A stretch of 64,000 bases of DNA from Candidatus Caccoplasma merdavium (GTDB taxonomy: Bacteria > Bacteroidota > Bacteroidia > Bacteroidales > UBA11471). Below the pieces are notes generated by a model. It saw nothing but the letters and a program-made list of their open reading frames with translations, was not told the DNA's origin and searched no databases. A program made the position numbers and the translations under genes. This document shows, one piece after another, positions 10,324 through 19,989 of the stretch (positions are counted from its first letter, which is position 1; every line of letters starts with the position of its first letter). The stretch covers positions 12,586-76,585 of the forward strand of contig DVLI01000020.1 in assembly GCA_018715595.1 (NCBI GenBank), read 5' to 3'.

Positions 10324-10422
10324 CATTCCACCGTCCTTTCCCGAGGAAATGGACTGCGGATACGGCCTCAAACAAGACCGGCCTTGCTCATCTTTATATT
10401 GCCACAATTCTCCACTCGTACA

Positions 10423-10830
10423 ATGTCGATACACTCCCTTATTCCACCCAAAGAGACCATCGCCCAATTCAGCAAATTTATCGTCGTCGGGATTCTCAAC
10501 ACAGCGATTTCCCTGGCCACGTTTTATATATTATACAATCTGTTCTCGGTCAATTACACGGCATCGAACCTGCTGAGTTACATCGTGGGGGTAATCAACA
10601 GCTTTTTCTGGAACAAATTGTGGGTATTCCGCCGCGGTGCCGGCAACATGCTGCGTGAGAGCCTCGTTTTCCTGCTGGTGTTCGCCGTCAGTTACGGCAT
10701 ACAATACCTCTTTCTGCGGGGACTGGTCGAAGGTTTAGGAATCAACCCCAACTGGGCACAACTCCCGGCCATGGCGGTCTACACATTGGTAAACTACCTG
10801 CTCAACCGATACGTCACATTCAAAAAATAA
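10423..10830 (+). CDS. GtrA family membrane protein (lipid-linked sugar flippase-like)
   Basis: QFSKFIVVG, SFFWNKLWVF and NRYVTF motifs; four hydrophobic segments. Confidence 0.85.
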   Translation: MSIHSLIPPKETIAQFSKFIVVGILNTAISLATFYILYNLFSVNYTASNLLSYIVGVINSFFWNKLWVFRRGAGNMLRESLVFLLVFAVSYGIQYLFLRGLVEGLGINPNWAQLPAMAVYTLVNYLLNRYVTFKK

Positions 10831-10843
10831 ACAGGAACTTCAC

Positions 10844-12550
10844 ATGAAACCCGCATCAAAAAATATTCTCCTCGGGCTGCTGTTCATCATCTGCATTTCG
10901 ACGCTTCTGCCTATTCTCGGATTGACGCACTTCCACACCAAAGGCGAACCGCGTGAGGCCATCGTGGCGGTGAGCATGCTGCAAGACGGGAACTGGATTC
11001 TCCCGCGCAATAACGGAGGCGATATTGCCTACAAGCCGCCCATGTATCACTGGATTACGGCTCTTGGCTCGGCAATCTTCAACGAGGGGGAGGTCAACGA
11101 ATATACCTCTCGCCTGCCGTCGGCACTGGCCACGATTATCATCGCCTCGATGATGTTTCTCTTTTATGCCCGGCGCGAGGGCAATTTCAACACGGCATTC
11201 CTGTCGGCCATTTTGTTCCTGTCGGCCTTTGAGGTACACCGGGCTGCAACCGCAGCACGGGTCGACATGGTACTGACGGTATTTATCGTATTGGCACTCT
11301 TCCAACTGTACCGATGGTATGAAAAGGGGTTGAAGGGAGTCCCGCTGTGGGCCATTCTGTTCATGAGCGGAGCCACCCTCACCAAAGGGCCCGTGGGCAT
11401 TGTCCTGCCGTGCCTGGTGACCGGGGTATTCCTGCTGCTGCGCAAGGAACCGTTTTTCAGGGTCTGTTACAAGCTCTTGGGTGCCGCAGTCGCTGCCTGC
11501 CTGCTGCCTGCCGTGTGGTATTATGTGGCCTACCTGCAAGCCGGACAAGAATTTCTCGACCTCGTCATTGAAGAAAATTTCGACCGCTTCACCGGCAACA
11601 TGTCATACAGTTCGCACAACGCTCCGCCATTTTACTACCTCTATATCACCCTGGCCGGGTTCTTGCCTTGGACGCTGCTGGTTGTTTTCTCCCTTTTCGC
11701 GCTCTCATACAAAGGGCTCAAACGACCGATAAGGAGTTGGTGGAAAGAGCTTTGCGAAAGAATATCCGACCTGTCGCCCGTACGTCTCTTCTCCCTCACG
11801 GCCATTTTGGTGATTCTGTTTTTCTACCTTATCCCCGACAGCAAACGCTCGGTCTACCTGCTGCCTATATACCCCTTCCTCAGCTACTTTCTGGCCGGAT
11901 ACATGCATTATCTCGTGCAGGAACATCGCAAGACATGGCGCGTATTCGGCATTCTCCTGTCGGGCATATCGGTGCTCTTCTTCCTGGTCTTCATCGGTGT
12001 GAAAGCCGGGTGGTTCGACTCTTGGATTCCCGCCGACACACAAGATTTCCTGGCCGGGCTCAAAGGTTGGAACGCGTGGGACGTCATCGCCCTCATCGTA
12101 TTGGTTCTGCTCGTGCATGAGGTTTACAAGAGCCGCGACATACAGTCGATAAGCAACCGGTACTCCTATTCGGTCATCACCCTCTTCTTCTGGGTGCAGT
12201 TTACCGTCGACACGGCCGTGCTCCCCGATGTACTCAACCGCAAGTCGGACTATGCGTTGGCACAAAGGGTCGAGGAGATTGTCCCCGAAGGAGCTGTCTA
12301 CTCCTACATCGGGTCACCGATGATGCGTTTCTTTGTCATCAATTTTTATACCCACAACCGCGTCGTCGACTTTGAAGAACACACGCCCGAAGAGGGTTAC
12401 CTGCTGGTGGGCGAACGAGAATACCCGGCCTTTGCAGCCCGCCACGCCGACTATGACTTCGAGGAGATGTGGAAAAGCGAACGCCGCGGAAACGACATTC
12501 GCGACATCGTGTGCATGTATCGCTTCACCCGCAAAAACGAGGCCGAATGA
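10844..12550 (+). CDS. ArnT/PMT-like GT-C superfamily membrane glycosyltransferase
   Basis: GEPRE, KPPMYHW, SRLPSA, LTKGP and KRSVYLLP motifs; multiple transmembrane segments. Confidence 0.85.
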   Translation: MKPASKNILLGLLFIICISTLLPILGLTHFHTKGEPREAIVAVSMLQDGNWILPRNNGGDIAYKPPMYHWITALGSAIFNEGEVNEYTSRLPSALATIIIASMMFLFYARREGNFNTAFLSAILFLSAFEVHRAATAARVDMVLTVFIVLALFQLYRWYEKGLKGVPLWAILFMSGATLTKGPVGIVLPCLVTGVFLLLRKEPFFRVCYKLLGAAVAACLLPAVWYYVAYLQAGQEFLDLVIEENFDRFTGNMSYSSHNAPPFYYLYITLAGFLPWTLLVVFSLFALSYKGLKRPIRSWWKELCERISDLSPVRLFSLTAILVILFFYLIPDSKRSVYLLPIYPFLSYFLAGYMHYLVQEHRKTWRVFGILLSGISVLFFLVFIGVKAGWFDSWIPADTQDFLAGLKGWNAWDVIALIVLVLLVHEVYKSRDIQSISNRYSYSVITLFFWVQFTVDTAVLPDVLNRKSDYALAQRVEEIVPEGAVYSYIGSPMMRFFVINFYTHNRVVDFEEHTPEEGYLLVGEREYPAFAARHADYDFEEMWKSERRGNDIRDIVCMYRFTRKNEAE

Positions 12551-14628
12551 AAGTCTGCATTGCCGAAAAGCCCAGTGTGGCCAAAGATATAGCCGAAGTC
12601 ATCGGAGCCAAGACGCGACGCGACGGTTTCTTCGAGGGTAACGGCTACTGCGTGACCTGGACCTTCGGGCACCTATGCACCCTGAAAGAGCCGCACGAAT
12701 ATACGCCCCAATGGAAACAATGGTCGTTGTGGAGCTTGCCGATGATACCACCACGTTTCGGCATCAAGCTCATCGACGACAAAGGCATCGAGAAGCAATT
12801 CTCCGTCATTGAACATCTCATTGCGAAGGCCGACGCCGTCATCAACTGCGGCGATGCGGGACAAGAAGGAGAACTGATACAACGCTGGGTGATGCAAAAA
12901 GCCTCGTGCAAATGTCCGGTATACCGGTTGTGGATTTCGTCCCTTACCGAGGAGGCTATCCGGGAGGGTTTCGAGAACCTCAAACCGCAAGAGGACTTTG
13001 CTTCGCTCTATGAAGCCGGCCTCTCGCGGGCCATCGGCGATTGGCTGCTGGGCATGAACGCCACCCGGCTCTACACGATGAAATACGGGCAACGCCGACA
13101 GATTCTCTCCATCGGCCGCGTGCAGACCCCTACCCTGGCCCTCATCGTCAACCGACAACACGAAATCGAGAATTTCGTACCGCAACCTTACTGGGAACTG
13201 AAAACGCTCTACCGGGAAACGACCTTTTCCGTCACAAGCGGACGGTTTGCCACCATCGAAGAGGGAGAGAAAAAACTGGCCGAAATCGAAAACCACCCCT
13301 TCACCATCACCAATGTATCGCGCAAAGAGGGGAAAGAGTTTGCCCCCCGGCTCTTCGACCTTACGTCGTTGCAGGTGGAGTGCAACAAAAAATTCGCATT
13401 CTCGGCCGACGAAACGCTGCGCCTCATACAGGCCCTCTACGAGAAAAAAGCCACAACCTATCCGCGTGTCGACACCACCTACCTGAGCGACGACATCTAC
13501 CCCAAGTGCCCGGCCATCTTGCAGGCGGTCGCATCGCAACCGGCATACACGGCACTGGTAGGCAACCTCAACCTGCAAAAACTGCCCAAATCGAAAAAAG
13601 TATTCGACAACAGCAAGGTTACCGACCACCACGCCATCATTCCCACGCCGGTAAAGCCCAACAACCTGACCGACTTGGAAAGGAAGGTCTATGACCTCGT
13701 CGCCCGACGATTTATCGCCGCATTCTATCCCGATTGCAAAATAGCCACCACGACGGTTTTGGGCGATGTGAACGGCGTTGCCTTTAAAGCCTCGGGCAAA
13801 GAGATTCTATTTCCCGGGTGGAGAGCGGTTTTTGAAAAAGAAAACGACCCGGCCGAAAAAGAAAAGGAGGAGAATGAAGAGAGGGTCCTGCCACAATTCA
13901 CCCCCGGTGAAAGCGGGCCCCACACTCCCACCCTGAGCGAAAAATGGACTCAGCCACCCAAACTCTACACCGAGGCAACCCTGCTGCGCACCATGGAAAC
14001 GGCCGGCAAACTGGTCGAAGACGAGAGCCTGCGCGACGCCTTGAAAGAGAACGGCATCGGACGCCCTTCGACCCGCGCCGCCATTATCGAGACCTTGCTC
14101 AAACGCAACTACATACGCAAAGAGAAAAAGAACCTCGTCGCCACAATCACCGGCATCGAGCTCATCGGCACGATACGCGAAGAATTATTGAAATCGGCCG
14201 AGTTGACGGGTATCTGGGAAAACAAGTTGCGCCGCATCGAACGGGGCGAATACAAAGCGTCGGACTTCTTGGCGGAACTGAAAACCATGGTCACGCAAAT
14301 CGTAAACGATGTGCGCAACGACAACTCGACCCGAAGCATCACCATCGAACCGAAACCCGAAGAGCCTCAACCGGCCGAGGGGAAAGAAAAAAAAGAAAAG
14401 GGGAAGAAAAAAACGACTGCCGGCAAAAGCAAAAAAGAAACGGCAGGAACCAAGCCCCTCGTATGTCCGCTTTGCGGAAAAGGAAAGGTCCTGAAAGGGA
14501 AGAATGCCTATGGCTGTTCGGAATGGCAGTCGGGGTGCACGTTCAGACTGAGTTTCGACGTCTGCCCCGGAGATGCCGGTGAAAAAGAACTCCGCCAAGC
14601 CATTGCTGCCTACAAAAAAAACGAATAA
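12547..14628 (+). CDS. topB: DNA topoisomerase III
   Basis: IAEKPSVA, DAGQEGE, SIGRVQTP, TYPRVD, HHAIIP and GIGRPSTR motifs; C-terminal zinc ribbon; ATGA overlap with the upstream gene. Confidence 0.95.
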   Translation: MKVCIAEKPSVAKDIAEVIGAKTRRDGFFEGNGYCVTWTFGHLCTLKEPHEYTPQWKQWSLWSLPMIPPRFGIKLIDDKGIEKQFSVIEHLIAKADAVINCGDAGQEGELIQRWVMQKASCKCPVYRLWISSLTEEAIREGFENLKPQEDFASLYEAGLSRAIGDWLLGMNATRLYTMKYGQRRQILSIGRVQTPTLALIVNRQHEIENFVPQPYWELKTLYRETTFSVTSGRFATIEEGEKKLAEIENHPFTITNVSRKEGKEFAPRLFDLTSLQVECNKKFAFSADETLRLIQALYEKKATTYPRVDTTYLSDDIYPKCPAILQAVASQPAYTALVGNLNLQKLPKSKKVFDNSKVTDHHAIIPTPVKPNNLTDLERKVYDLVARRFIAAFYPDCKIATTTVLGDVNGVAFKASGKEILFPGWRAVFEKENDPAEKEKEENEERVLPQFTPGESGPHTPTLSEKWTQPPKLYTEATLLRTMETAGKLVEDESLRDALKENGIGRPSTRAAIIETLLKRNYIRKEKKNLVATITGIELIGTIREELLKSAELTGIWENKLRRIERGEYKASDFLAELKTMVTQIVNDVRNDNSTRSITIEPKPEEPQPAEGKEKKEKGKKKTTAGKSKKETAGTKPLVCPLCGKGKVLKGKNAYGCSEWQSGCTFRLSFDVCPGDAGEKELRQAIAAYKKNE

Positions 14629-14641
14629 AAGAGAAAACACC

Positions 14642-15160
14642 ATGCCATCAAATCCGAATGAAATTTTCCCGATTGTCGATTCCTGCGGCCACACCATCGG
14701 GCAAGCCACCCGGGGCGAATGCCACAACGGGAGCAAACTCCTGCACCCGGTGGTGCATCTGCATGTCTTCAACTCCCGCGGCGAACTCTATCTGCAAAAA
14801 CGGGCCCTCGACAAGGACATTCAGCCGGGGAAATGGGACACGGCCGTGGGAGGACATATCGATTACGGCGAAGGGGTGACCGACGCCCTCCATCGGGAAG
14901 CCCGCGAGGAGTTGGGCATCACCGGTTTTGTCCCGGTTCTCATCGGCAGGTATGTTTTCGAGTCGAAAATCGAAAAAGAGCTGGTCAACACCTTTTTCAC
15001 CCTCTACGACGGGAATATCTCGCCCGACCACGACGAGGTGGAACGGGGCGAGTTCTGGCCCATAGAAAAAATCGAAGCCTCGCTCGACAAAGAAATATTC
15101 ACGCCCAACTTCGAAAATGAATATCGGAAGATTCTGCAACGCCTGCTTGCTTCTCGATAA
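14642..15160 (+). CDS. Nudix hydrolase (YfcD/Idi-like)
   Basis: Nudix box GGHIDYGEGVTDALHREAREELGI. Confidence 0.88.
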   Translation: MPSNPNEIFPIVDSCGHTIGQATRGECHNGSKLLHPVVHLHVFNSRGELYLQKRALDKDIQPGKWDTAVGGHIDYGEGVTDALHREAREELGITGFVPVLIGRYVFESKIEKELVNTFFTLYDGNISPDHDEVERGEFWPIEKIEASLDKEIFTPNFENEYRKILQRLLASR

Positions 15161-15189
15161 CATCTTCGGAGATTCGACAGCCCCCAAAC

Positions 15190-15230
15190 AAACTCCCCGG
15201 CCGCGGACATATACCGCAACCGGGGAGTTT
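15190..15230. terminator. Hairpin/terminator between convergent Nudix and cbpM genes
   Basis: AAACTCCCCGG/CCGGGGAGTTT outer stem plus GCGG/CCGC inner stem. Confidence 0.7.
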
Positions 15231-15291
15231 TATCTCGATGGCATCTCTCGTCCAAGGAAAGAGCCGGTACACACTTCCTCATAGAGGAAGT

Positions 15292-15594
15292 TTATTCCCA
15301 ATCGAATGAGCGATAGAAGCGCAACTCATTTTGCAGGCGGAGCACCTCTTTCTGCAAATCTTCGATTTGCGACAGCAAGTGACGCACGGCACCGAGTCCT
15401 TCGTGGTTTATCGAGAGGTCATAATGAAGGTGCACATAGCGTTCGAGCTCAGGCAACTGAGCCTCGGGAAAGCATCTCAACTCATCGACAACAGATATAT
15501 CTATCAATCCGTCTTCGCCCAACGTAAAGATAAAGTCGGGCTCGACGTGACACCTTTTGCAATAGTCGCTTATGATAATGAAATCGTTCGTCAT
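15292..15594 (-). CDS. cbpM: Chaperone modulator CbpM (MerR-type HTH)
   Basis: RLHYDL-like YVHLHYDLSINHEG segment with a coiled coil; directly downstream of cbpA. Confidence 0.82.
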   Translation of the reverse strand: MTNDFIIISDYCKRCHVEPDFIFTLGEDGLIDISVVDELRCFPEAQLPELERYVHLHYDLSINHEGLGAVRHLLSQIEDLQKEVLRLQNELRFYRSFDWE

Positions 15595-15615
15595 AATCTT
15601 CTCGTTTTAGATGTT

Positions 15616-16539
15616 TCAACTATTCCGTAACTGTTCGAAAAGCTCTTTCTGCCGTGGCGAAAGATGGGTAGGAATGGTTACATGACAAGCAACAATCAGG
15701 TCGCCCGCGTGTCCCTCTTCCTTATAGACGGGGAATCCTTTTCCTTTGAGTCGCATCTTGCTTTCGCTCTGTGTTCCGGGAGCGACTTTCATCTTCACTT
15801 GTCCGTTCAGGGTGTTAACGATCACCTCACCACCCAGCACGGCCGTAAAGAGGTCGATGTTGAGATCGGTATAAAGGTCATTGCCTTTGCGCTTGAACTG
15901 AGGATCATCGGAAACGACAAAGGTAATGTAGAGGTCTCCGTCGGGAGCTCCGTCGGCACCTTTACCTCCATAACCTTTGAGTTTGATGACCTGACCGTTC
16001 TCTACTCCGGCCGGGACCGTGATTCTCAACCTCTCACCGCCCACGGTAAAAGTCTGCTGGTGGGTCACGGCCGCTTCACGCAAGGTCAGAGGCAGCTCGG
16101 CCTGAATATCCTGTCCACGATACCGGCTGCGGCGACCTGTTCTCGAAGAGGCATCGTGTTTTCCAAAAAGCTCTTCAAAAAAGTCGGAGAAACCTTCTCC
16201 ACCGAATCCCCCCGAGAAGTGCGTCCCGTCGGTCGAATACCAATACCCGCCATCGCCGCCCGCAGCGCCAGTCTGGGAACCATAGGCTTTCTTCCGAGCC
16301 TCGAACTCATCGGCATGTTTCCAGTTTTCACCGTAAGCATCGTATTTTTTCCGCTTCTCAGGATCCCCCAATACCTCATTGGCCTCGTTCAGTTGCTGGA
16401 ATTTTTCCTTGGCCGATGGGTCATTGGGATTCAGGTCGGGGTGATACACACAAGCCAATTTACGGTAGGCTTTTTTTATCTCCTCCTGAGTGGCATTTTT
16501 GTCAACGCCCAATATCTTGTAATAATCGATATATGACAT
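15616..16539 (-). CDS. cbpA: CbpA/DnaJ class II J-domain protein
   Basis: DYYKILG and HPD J-domain motifs, G/F-rich linker, GDLY and DnaJ-C domain; no zinc fingers. Confidence 0.9.
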   Translation of the reverse strand: MSYIDYYKILGVDKNATQEEIKKAYRKLACVYHPDLNPNDPSAKEKFQQLNEANEVLGDPEKRKKYDAYGENWKHADEFEARKKAYGSQTGAAGGDGGYWYSTDGTHFSGGFGGEGFSDFFEELFGKHDASSRTGRRSRYRGQDIQAELPLTLREAAVTHQQTFTVGGERLRITVPAGVENGQVIKLKGYGGKGADGAPDGDLYITFVVSDDPQFKRKGNDLYTDLNIDLFTAVLGGEVIVNTLNGQVKMKVAPGTQSESKMRLKGKGFPVYKEEGHAGDLIVACHVTIPTHLSPRQKELFEQLRNS

Positions 16540-16769
16540 ACTACTCCTTTTTATGGTCGATTCTATTTCCTGTGCCGTCATGCGACGTCGCATTTATAAG
16601 TATGCAAAATGTATGCCGAGTGAGTGAAATGGCAGAAAAATTTCTTGATTATTAGCGTTTTTTATACTATGGGGCAATAAGCCAGGCAGAAACAGAATGT
16701 GCCCGACAACAAAACGGCATCACGTCATCGTCTCCCGGCAAATCTTGGGGGAAGCCGACAAAAATAATC

Positions 16770-16809
16770 CGGGGCGGCACCTGTCACGTTTATGGCAGGA
16801 GTCGCCCCG
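16770..16809 (-). terminator. Probable terminator after the PL11 gene
   Basis: Imperfect CGGGGCG...CGCCCCG stem followed by ATTATTTTT on the minus strand. Confidence 0.5.
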
Positions 16810-16830
16810 AACAAACGGGCAAATGCCCCA

Positions 16831-18696
16831 TCACCGGCCATAACGGTCGGGCAAATAAAACCCGAGATGCGGTGGTTGGTTATATGCGACATTCTGCCAT
16901 ACGATGCTCATGCGATAGACAGGGTCGTGCATGAGCGTGGGTATGCGATATGAGGTCGGTGCCGTCGTGGTGAAAAGCACCAAATCCGAGGCTGTCGTGC
17001 GGTCCCACAATATGACCTCTTCGCGCCAGTCGCCCAATATGTCGGCGCTTATCGAAGGGGTTTTCTTGGAGCCGTTGCAGGAAGATACCGGTTGCAACTC
17101 CCGAAAATCGACATAGGTCTCACAACGGTTCTTTTCGGGAATCCATTTTGAAATGCGGGTTCCGTCGAGCAACTCATCACAGAGGTCTCCGTCCCAATAG
17201 ATGCGGAAATTTACCGGAATGCGGCCACGCGCAATTACCTTGAAGCCATCGGTCGAATAGATATTCGACGACGCAAGCGACCAAAACTCAAATCCGCGAT
17301 AACGAGGGTCTATATCGGCAGCGACACCACGGCCGGTGTCTTTATCGTCGTCTTCGCGGAAAAGGATTTCTCCGGTGCGGGCATCACGCACATCAGCTCC
17401 TCCCGCCTCCTCATGTATCATGAAAATTTCGAGGCCGGGACGGTCGGGCATCAAGTCGGAGACATGCAACGCATCACCATGTTCGAGACCGGTGCGGTGA
17501 AGCACCGTGCCATCGTGGTCGAGCACCGCCGCCCCGTAAATGATTTCATCACGGCCATCGCCGTCGACATCGGCGACCGAGAGGCTGTGCGCCCCTTCCC
17601 CATAGAGACCTTTCCCTTTTCGTTCGGAACGGTGGAACCATCGAAGTTTCAACTGCGTCCCATCAAAATCATAGGCAGCCAGGTAGGCATTGGTATAATA
17701 CCCGCGACACATTACCAAGCTGGGGTGCACACCGTCGAGACAGGCTACGCAGGCGAGATAACGTTCGCTGCGATTGGCCTTGTCATCGCCCCATTTACGG
17801 GTAATGTCACGCCCGGGCTGATAGGGAACCGTCGACAGGGCGGCTCCTGTTTCCCCGTCGAAAACGGTAAGATACTCGGGGCCGTCCATAATTGTACCCA
17901 CCACTTGGTCGCCGGTCGGCGTGCGATAGTCGGCCTGGGGGTCATCACCTTCGAGCAGGACATACGCTCCTACACCATCGACCGTGCCCGGAGCCGTTTT
18001 GCAGGCAACCTCAGAACGGCCGTCTCCATCAAGGTCGTAGACCATGAACTGGGTATAGTGCGCTCCGGCACGAATATTCTTGCCCAAGTTGATGCGCCAC
18101 AGGCGCGTGCCGTCGAGCTTGTAACAATCGAGATAGACCTCACCGGTATAGCCACGGAACGAATTGTCGCGGGCATTGGTAGGATCCCAACGGAGCACGA
18201 TTTCGTATTGCCCGTCACCATCGACATCACCCACGCTGCAATCGCCGGGAATATAGCGGTAGCGTTCGCCATCGGGACGGTTCAAGTCACGCCCGCGGTT
18301 GATGGCATGGAACGGAGGTGTCACGCCTCCCTCGGAACGGTCGAGATGTATGCGCAGATAGGGTTGTTGCCACGGGGTCACGGGTTGGGACGACTCCAAC
18401 TCCTTGCCGCCGCAAAACGTCTTCACGACATAATGCGAAGTATCGCACCCGTCGGCATCGAGATAATTGGTCAAGACAAAAGGTGCATCACCTATCTTTT
18501 CTCCGTCGCGATAGAGTTCAAAAAGGGTGCTGTCGCTATCGGTCGAAAGATAGCGCCAACTGATAAAAACTCCTTCGGAAGTTTTCACGGCAACCAGGCC
18601 GCGATCGAGTTTTTCGGGCACAAAGGCTCGGGAAATTACCGGGTAGCCTATCAACAGGACGAGCGACAAAACCACCCTTGCACATTTTCTTTTCAT
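16831..18696 (-). CDS. Rhamnogalacturonan lyase, PL11 (YesW/YesX-like), with signal peptide
   Basis: EKLDRGLVA, GDVDGDGQYE, IRAGAHYTQFMVYD, MCRGYY, HGDALH, DILGDWREE and YNQPPH motifs. Confidence 0.92.
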   Translation of the reverse strand: MKRKCARVVLSLVLLIGYPVISRAFVPEKLDRGLVAVKTSEGVFISWRYLSTDSDSTLFELYRDGEKIGDAPFVLTNYLDADGCDTSHYVVKTFCGGKELESSQPVTPWQQPYLRIHLDRSEGGVTPPFHAINRGRDLNRPDGERYRYIPGDCSVGDVDGDGQYEIVLRWDPTNARDNSFRGYTGEVYLDCYKLDGTRLWRINLGKNIRAGAHYTQFMVYDLDGDGRSEVACKTAPGTVDGVGAYVLLEGDDPQADYRTPTGDQVVGTIMDGPEYLTVFDGETGAALSTVPYQPGRDITRKWGDDKANRSERYLACVACLDGVHPSLVMCRGYYTNAYLAAYDFDGTQLKLRWFHRSERKGKGLYGEGAHSLSVADVDGDGRDEIIYGAAVLDHDGTVLHRTGLEHGDALHVSDLMPDRPGLEIFMIHEEAGGADVRDARTGEILFREDDDKDTGRGVAADIDPRYRGFEFWSLASSNIYSTDGFKVIARGRIPVNFRIYWDGDLCDELLDGTRISKWIPEKNRCETYVDFRELQPVSSCNGSKKTPSISADILGDWREEVILWDRTTASDLVLFTTTAPTSYRIPTLMHDPVYRMSIVWQNVAYNQPPHLGFYLPDRYGR

Positions 18697-18815
18697 GATA
18701 TGGTTTGGCATTTTCGGGATTAGACTCGCATCATCGGGAAAAGTTTATTCCATCTGCAAAAAAAGTTGTTTCATGTCTCCCCTCTCCTCGAAAATACGGC
18801 ACAAATGAAAGCCCG

Positions 18816-18863
18816 GAAACAGGAAGAGCCCGCAAAGACAAGTTTGCGGGCTCTTCCTGTTTC
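18816..18863. terminator. 21-bp perfect inverted repeat, probable terminator of nrdD-nrdG-purN
   Basis: GAAACAGGAAGAGCCCGCAAA-GACAAG-TTTGCGGGCTCTTCCTGTTTC, 13 nt past the purN stop. Confidence 0.65.
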
Positions 18864-18876
18864 GTTATGGTGAAAA

Positions 18877-19479
18877 TCAGTCTCCCAAATGAATTTCTCC
18901 GCCGATTATGCGGCCAAGGGTCTCGACCAAGAAGGTATGTTCGCGCTCCAAAACGCGAGCCGCAAGAGTGTCGGGCGTATCGCCGGGCCTAACCGGCACC
19001 TCGGCCTGTGCGACAATCTCTCCCCGGTCATAAGCCTCATCGACCCGATGTATGGTAACCCCCGACACCGTGTCGCCGGAAGCAATCACCGCTTCATGCA
19101 CATGTATGCCATACATGCCTTTTCCTCCATACCGCGGCAAAAGTGCCGGGTGTATGTTGAATATGCGGTTGTGATAACGCTTCAACACCTCGACCGGCAA
19201 CATGCGCATATAACCCAACAACAAGATAATATCGGTCTCTTTTTCGGCGAGAAGGGTCAACAACTTCTGCGACAGGGCGGCTTCATCGCCCTCGGTTTTC
19301 AGACTGACATGATAGGCGGGGATTCCTGCCTGACGGGCCCGTTCAAGGGCAAAAGCGCCCGAATTGTTACTGATGACCGCTTTTATATCGGCATCGATGC
19401 GACCTTCGGCCACGGCATCGACGACAGCTTGCAAGTTCGACCCCCCATGCGATGCGAAAACGACAATATTCATACTCAT
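18877..19479 (-). CDS. purN: Phosphoribosylglycinamide formyltransferase
   Basis: ASHGGSNLQA, LLGYMRML, NIHPALLP and SGVTIHRVDEAYDRG motifs. Confidence 0.93.
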   Translation of the reverse strand: MSMNIVVFASHGGSNLQAVVDAVAEGRIDADIKAVISNNSGAFALERARQAGIPAYHVSLKTEGDEAALSQKLLTLLAEKETDIILLLGYMRMLPVEVLKRYHNRIFNIHPALLPRYGGKGMYGIHVHEAVIASGDTVSGVTIHRVDEAYDRGEIVAQAEVPVRPGDTPDTLAARVLEREHTFLVETLGRIIGGEIHLGD

Positions 19480-19976
19480 CGAATGTGCGTTTGTAACAGA
19501 TATTCTATTGTGTGTGCTTCTTTCAGGGAACGCGGCACATCGATAAGACGCTGATTGCGGCTTCCCCTGAAATGCAAAGATAAGTCTCTTTCGGCTAATA
19601 TGAAAGGGCCGTCAACCAAAACATCGACATAGGCCAGCAATTCCCGGGTGACCGGCCTCTCCAACAGGGATTCGAACCGATAGCCCGTATAGCACCAGAT
19701 GTTCTTATGCGCCTCCTCCTTGATGCGCCGGGCCAAAGGCAGCAGCGAAGCCGCCTGCAACATGGGGTCGCCACCCGAAAAAGTCACCGGCATATCGGCG
19801 GAACGAACTCGCTCGTACAGATACTCGACCGAATATCTCACACCATTGTCCATATCCCACGACTGGGGATTGTGACAGCCCACGCAACCGTTTTCGCAAC
19901 CGGCAAAGTATATCGAAGTGCGCAACCCCACCCCGTCGACCGAGGTTCCCTCGATGATGTCAAGCACCGAGAGCAT
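19476..19976 (-). CDS. nrdG: Anaerobic ribonucleotide reductase activase (radical SAM)
   Basis: SVDGVGLR, CxxxCxxCHN, FSGGDP, DVLVDGPF and RGSRNQ motifs. Confidence 0.93.
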   Translation of the reverse strand: MLSVLDIIEGTSVDGVGLRTSIYFAGCENGCVGCHNPQSWDMDNGVRYSVEYLYERVRSADMPVTFSGGDPMLQAASLLPLARRIKEEAHKNIWCYTGYRFESLLERPVTRELLAYVDVLVDGPFILAERDLSLHFRGSRNQRLIDVPRSLKEAHTIEYLLQTHIR

Positions 19977-19989
19977 CGTTGCTGAATCG

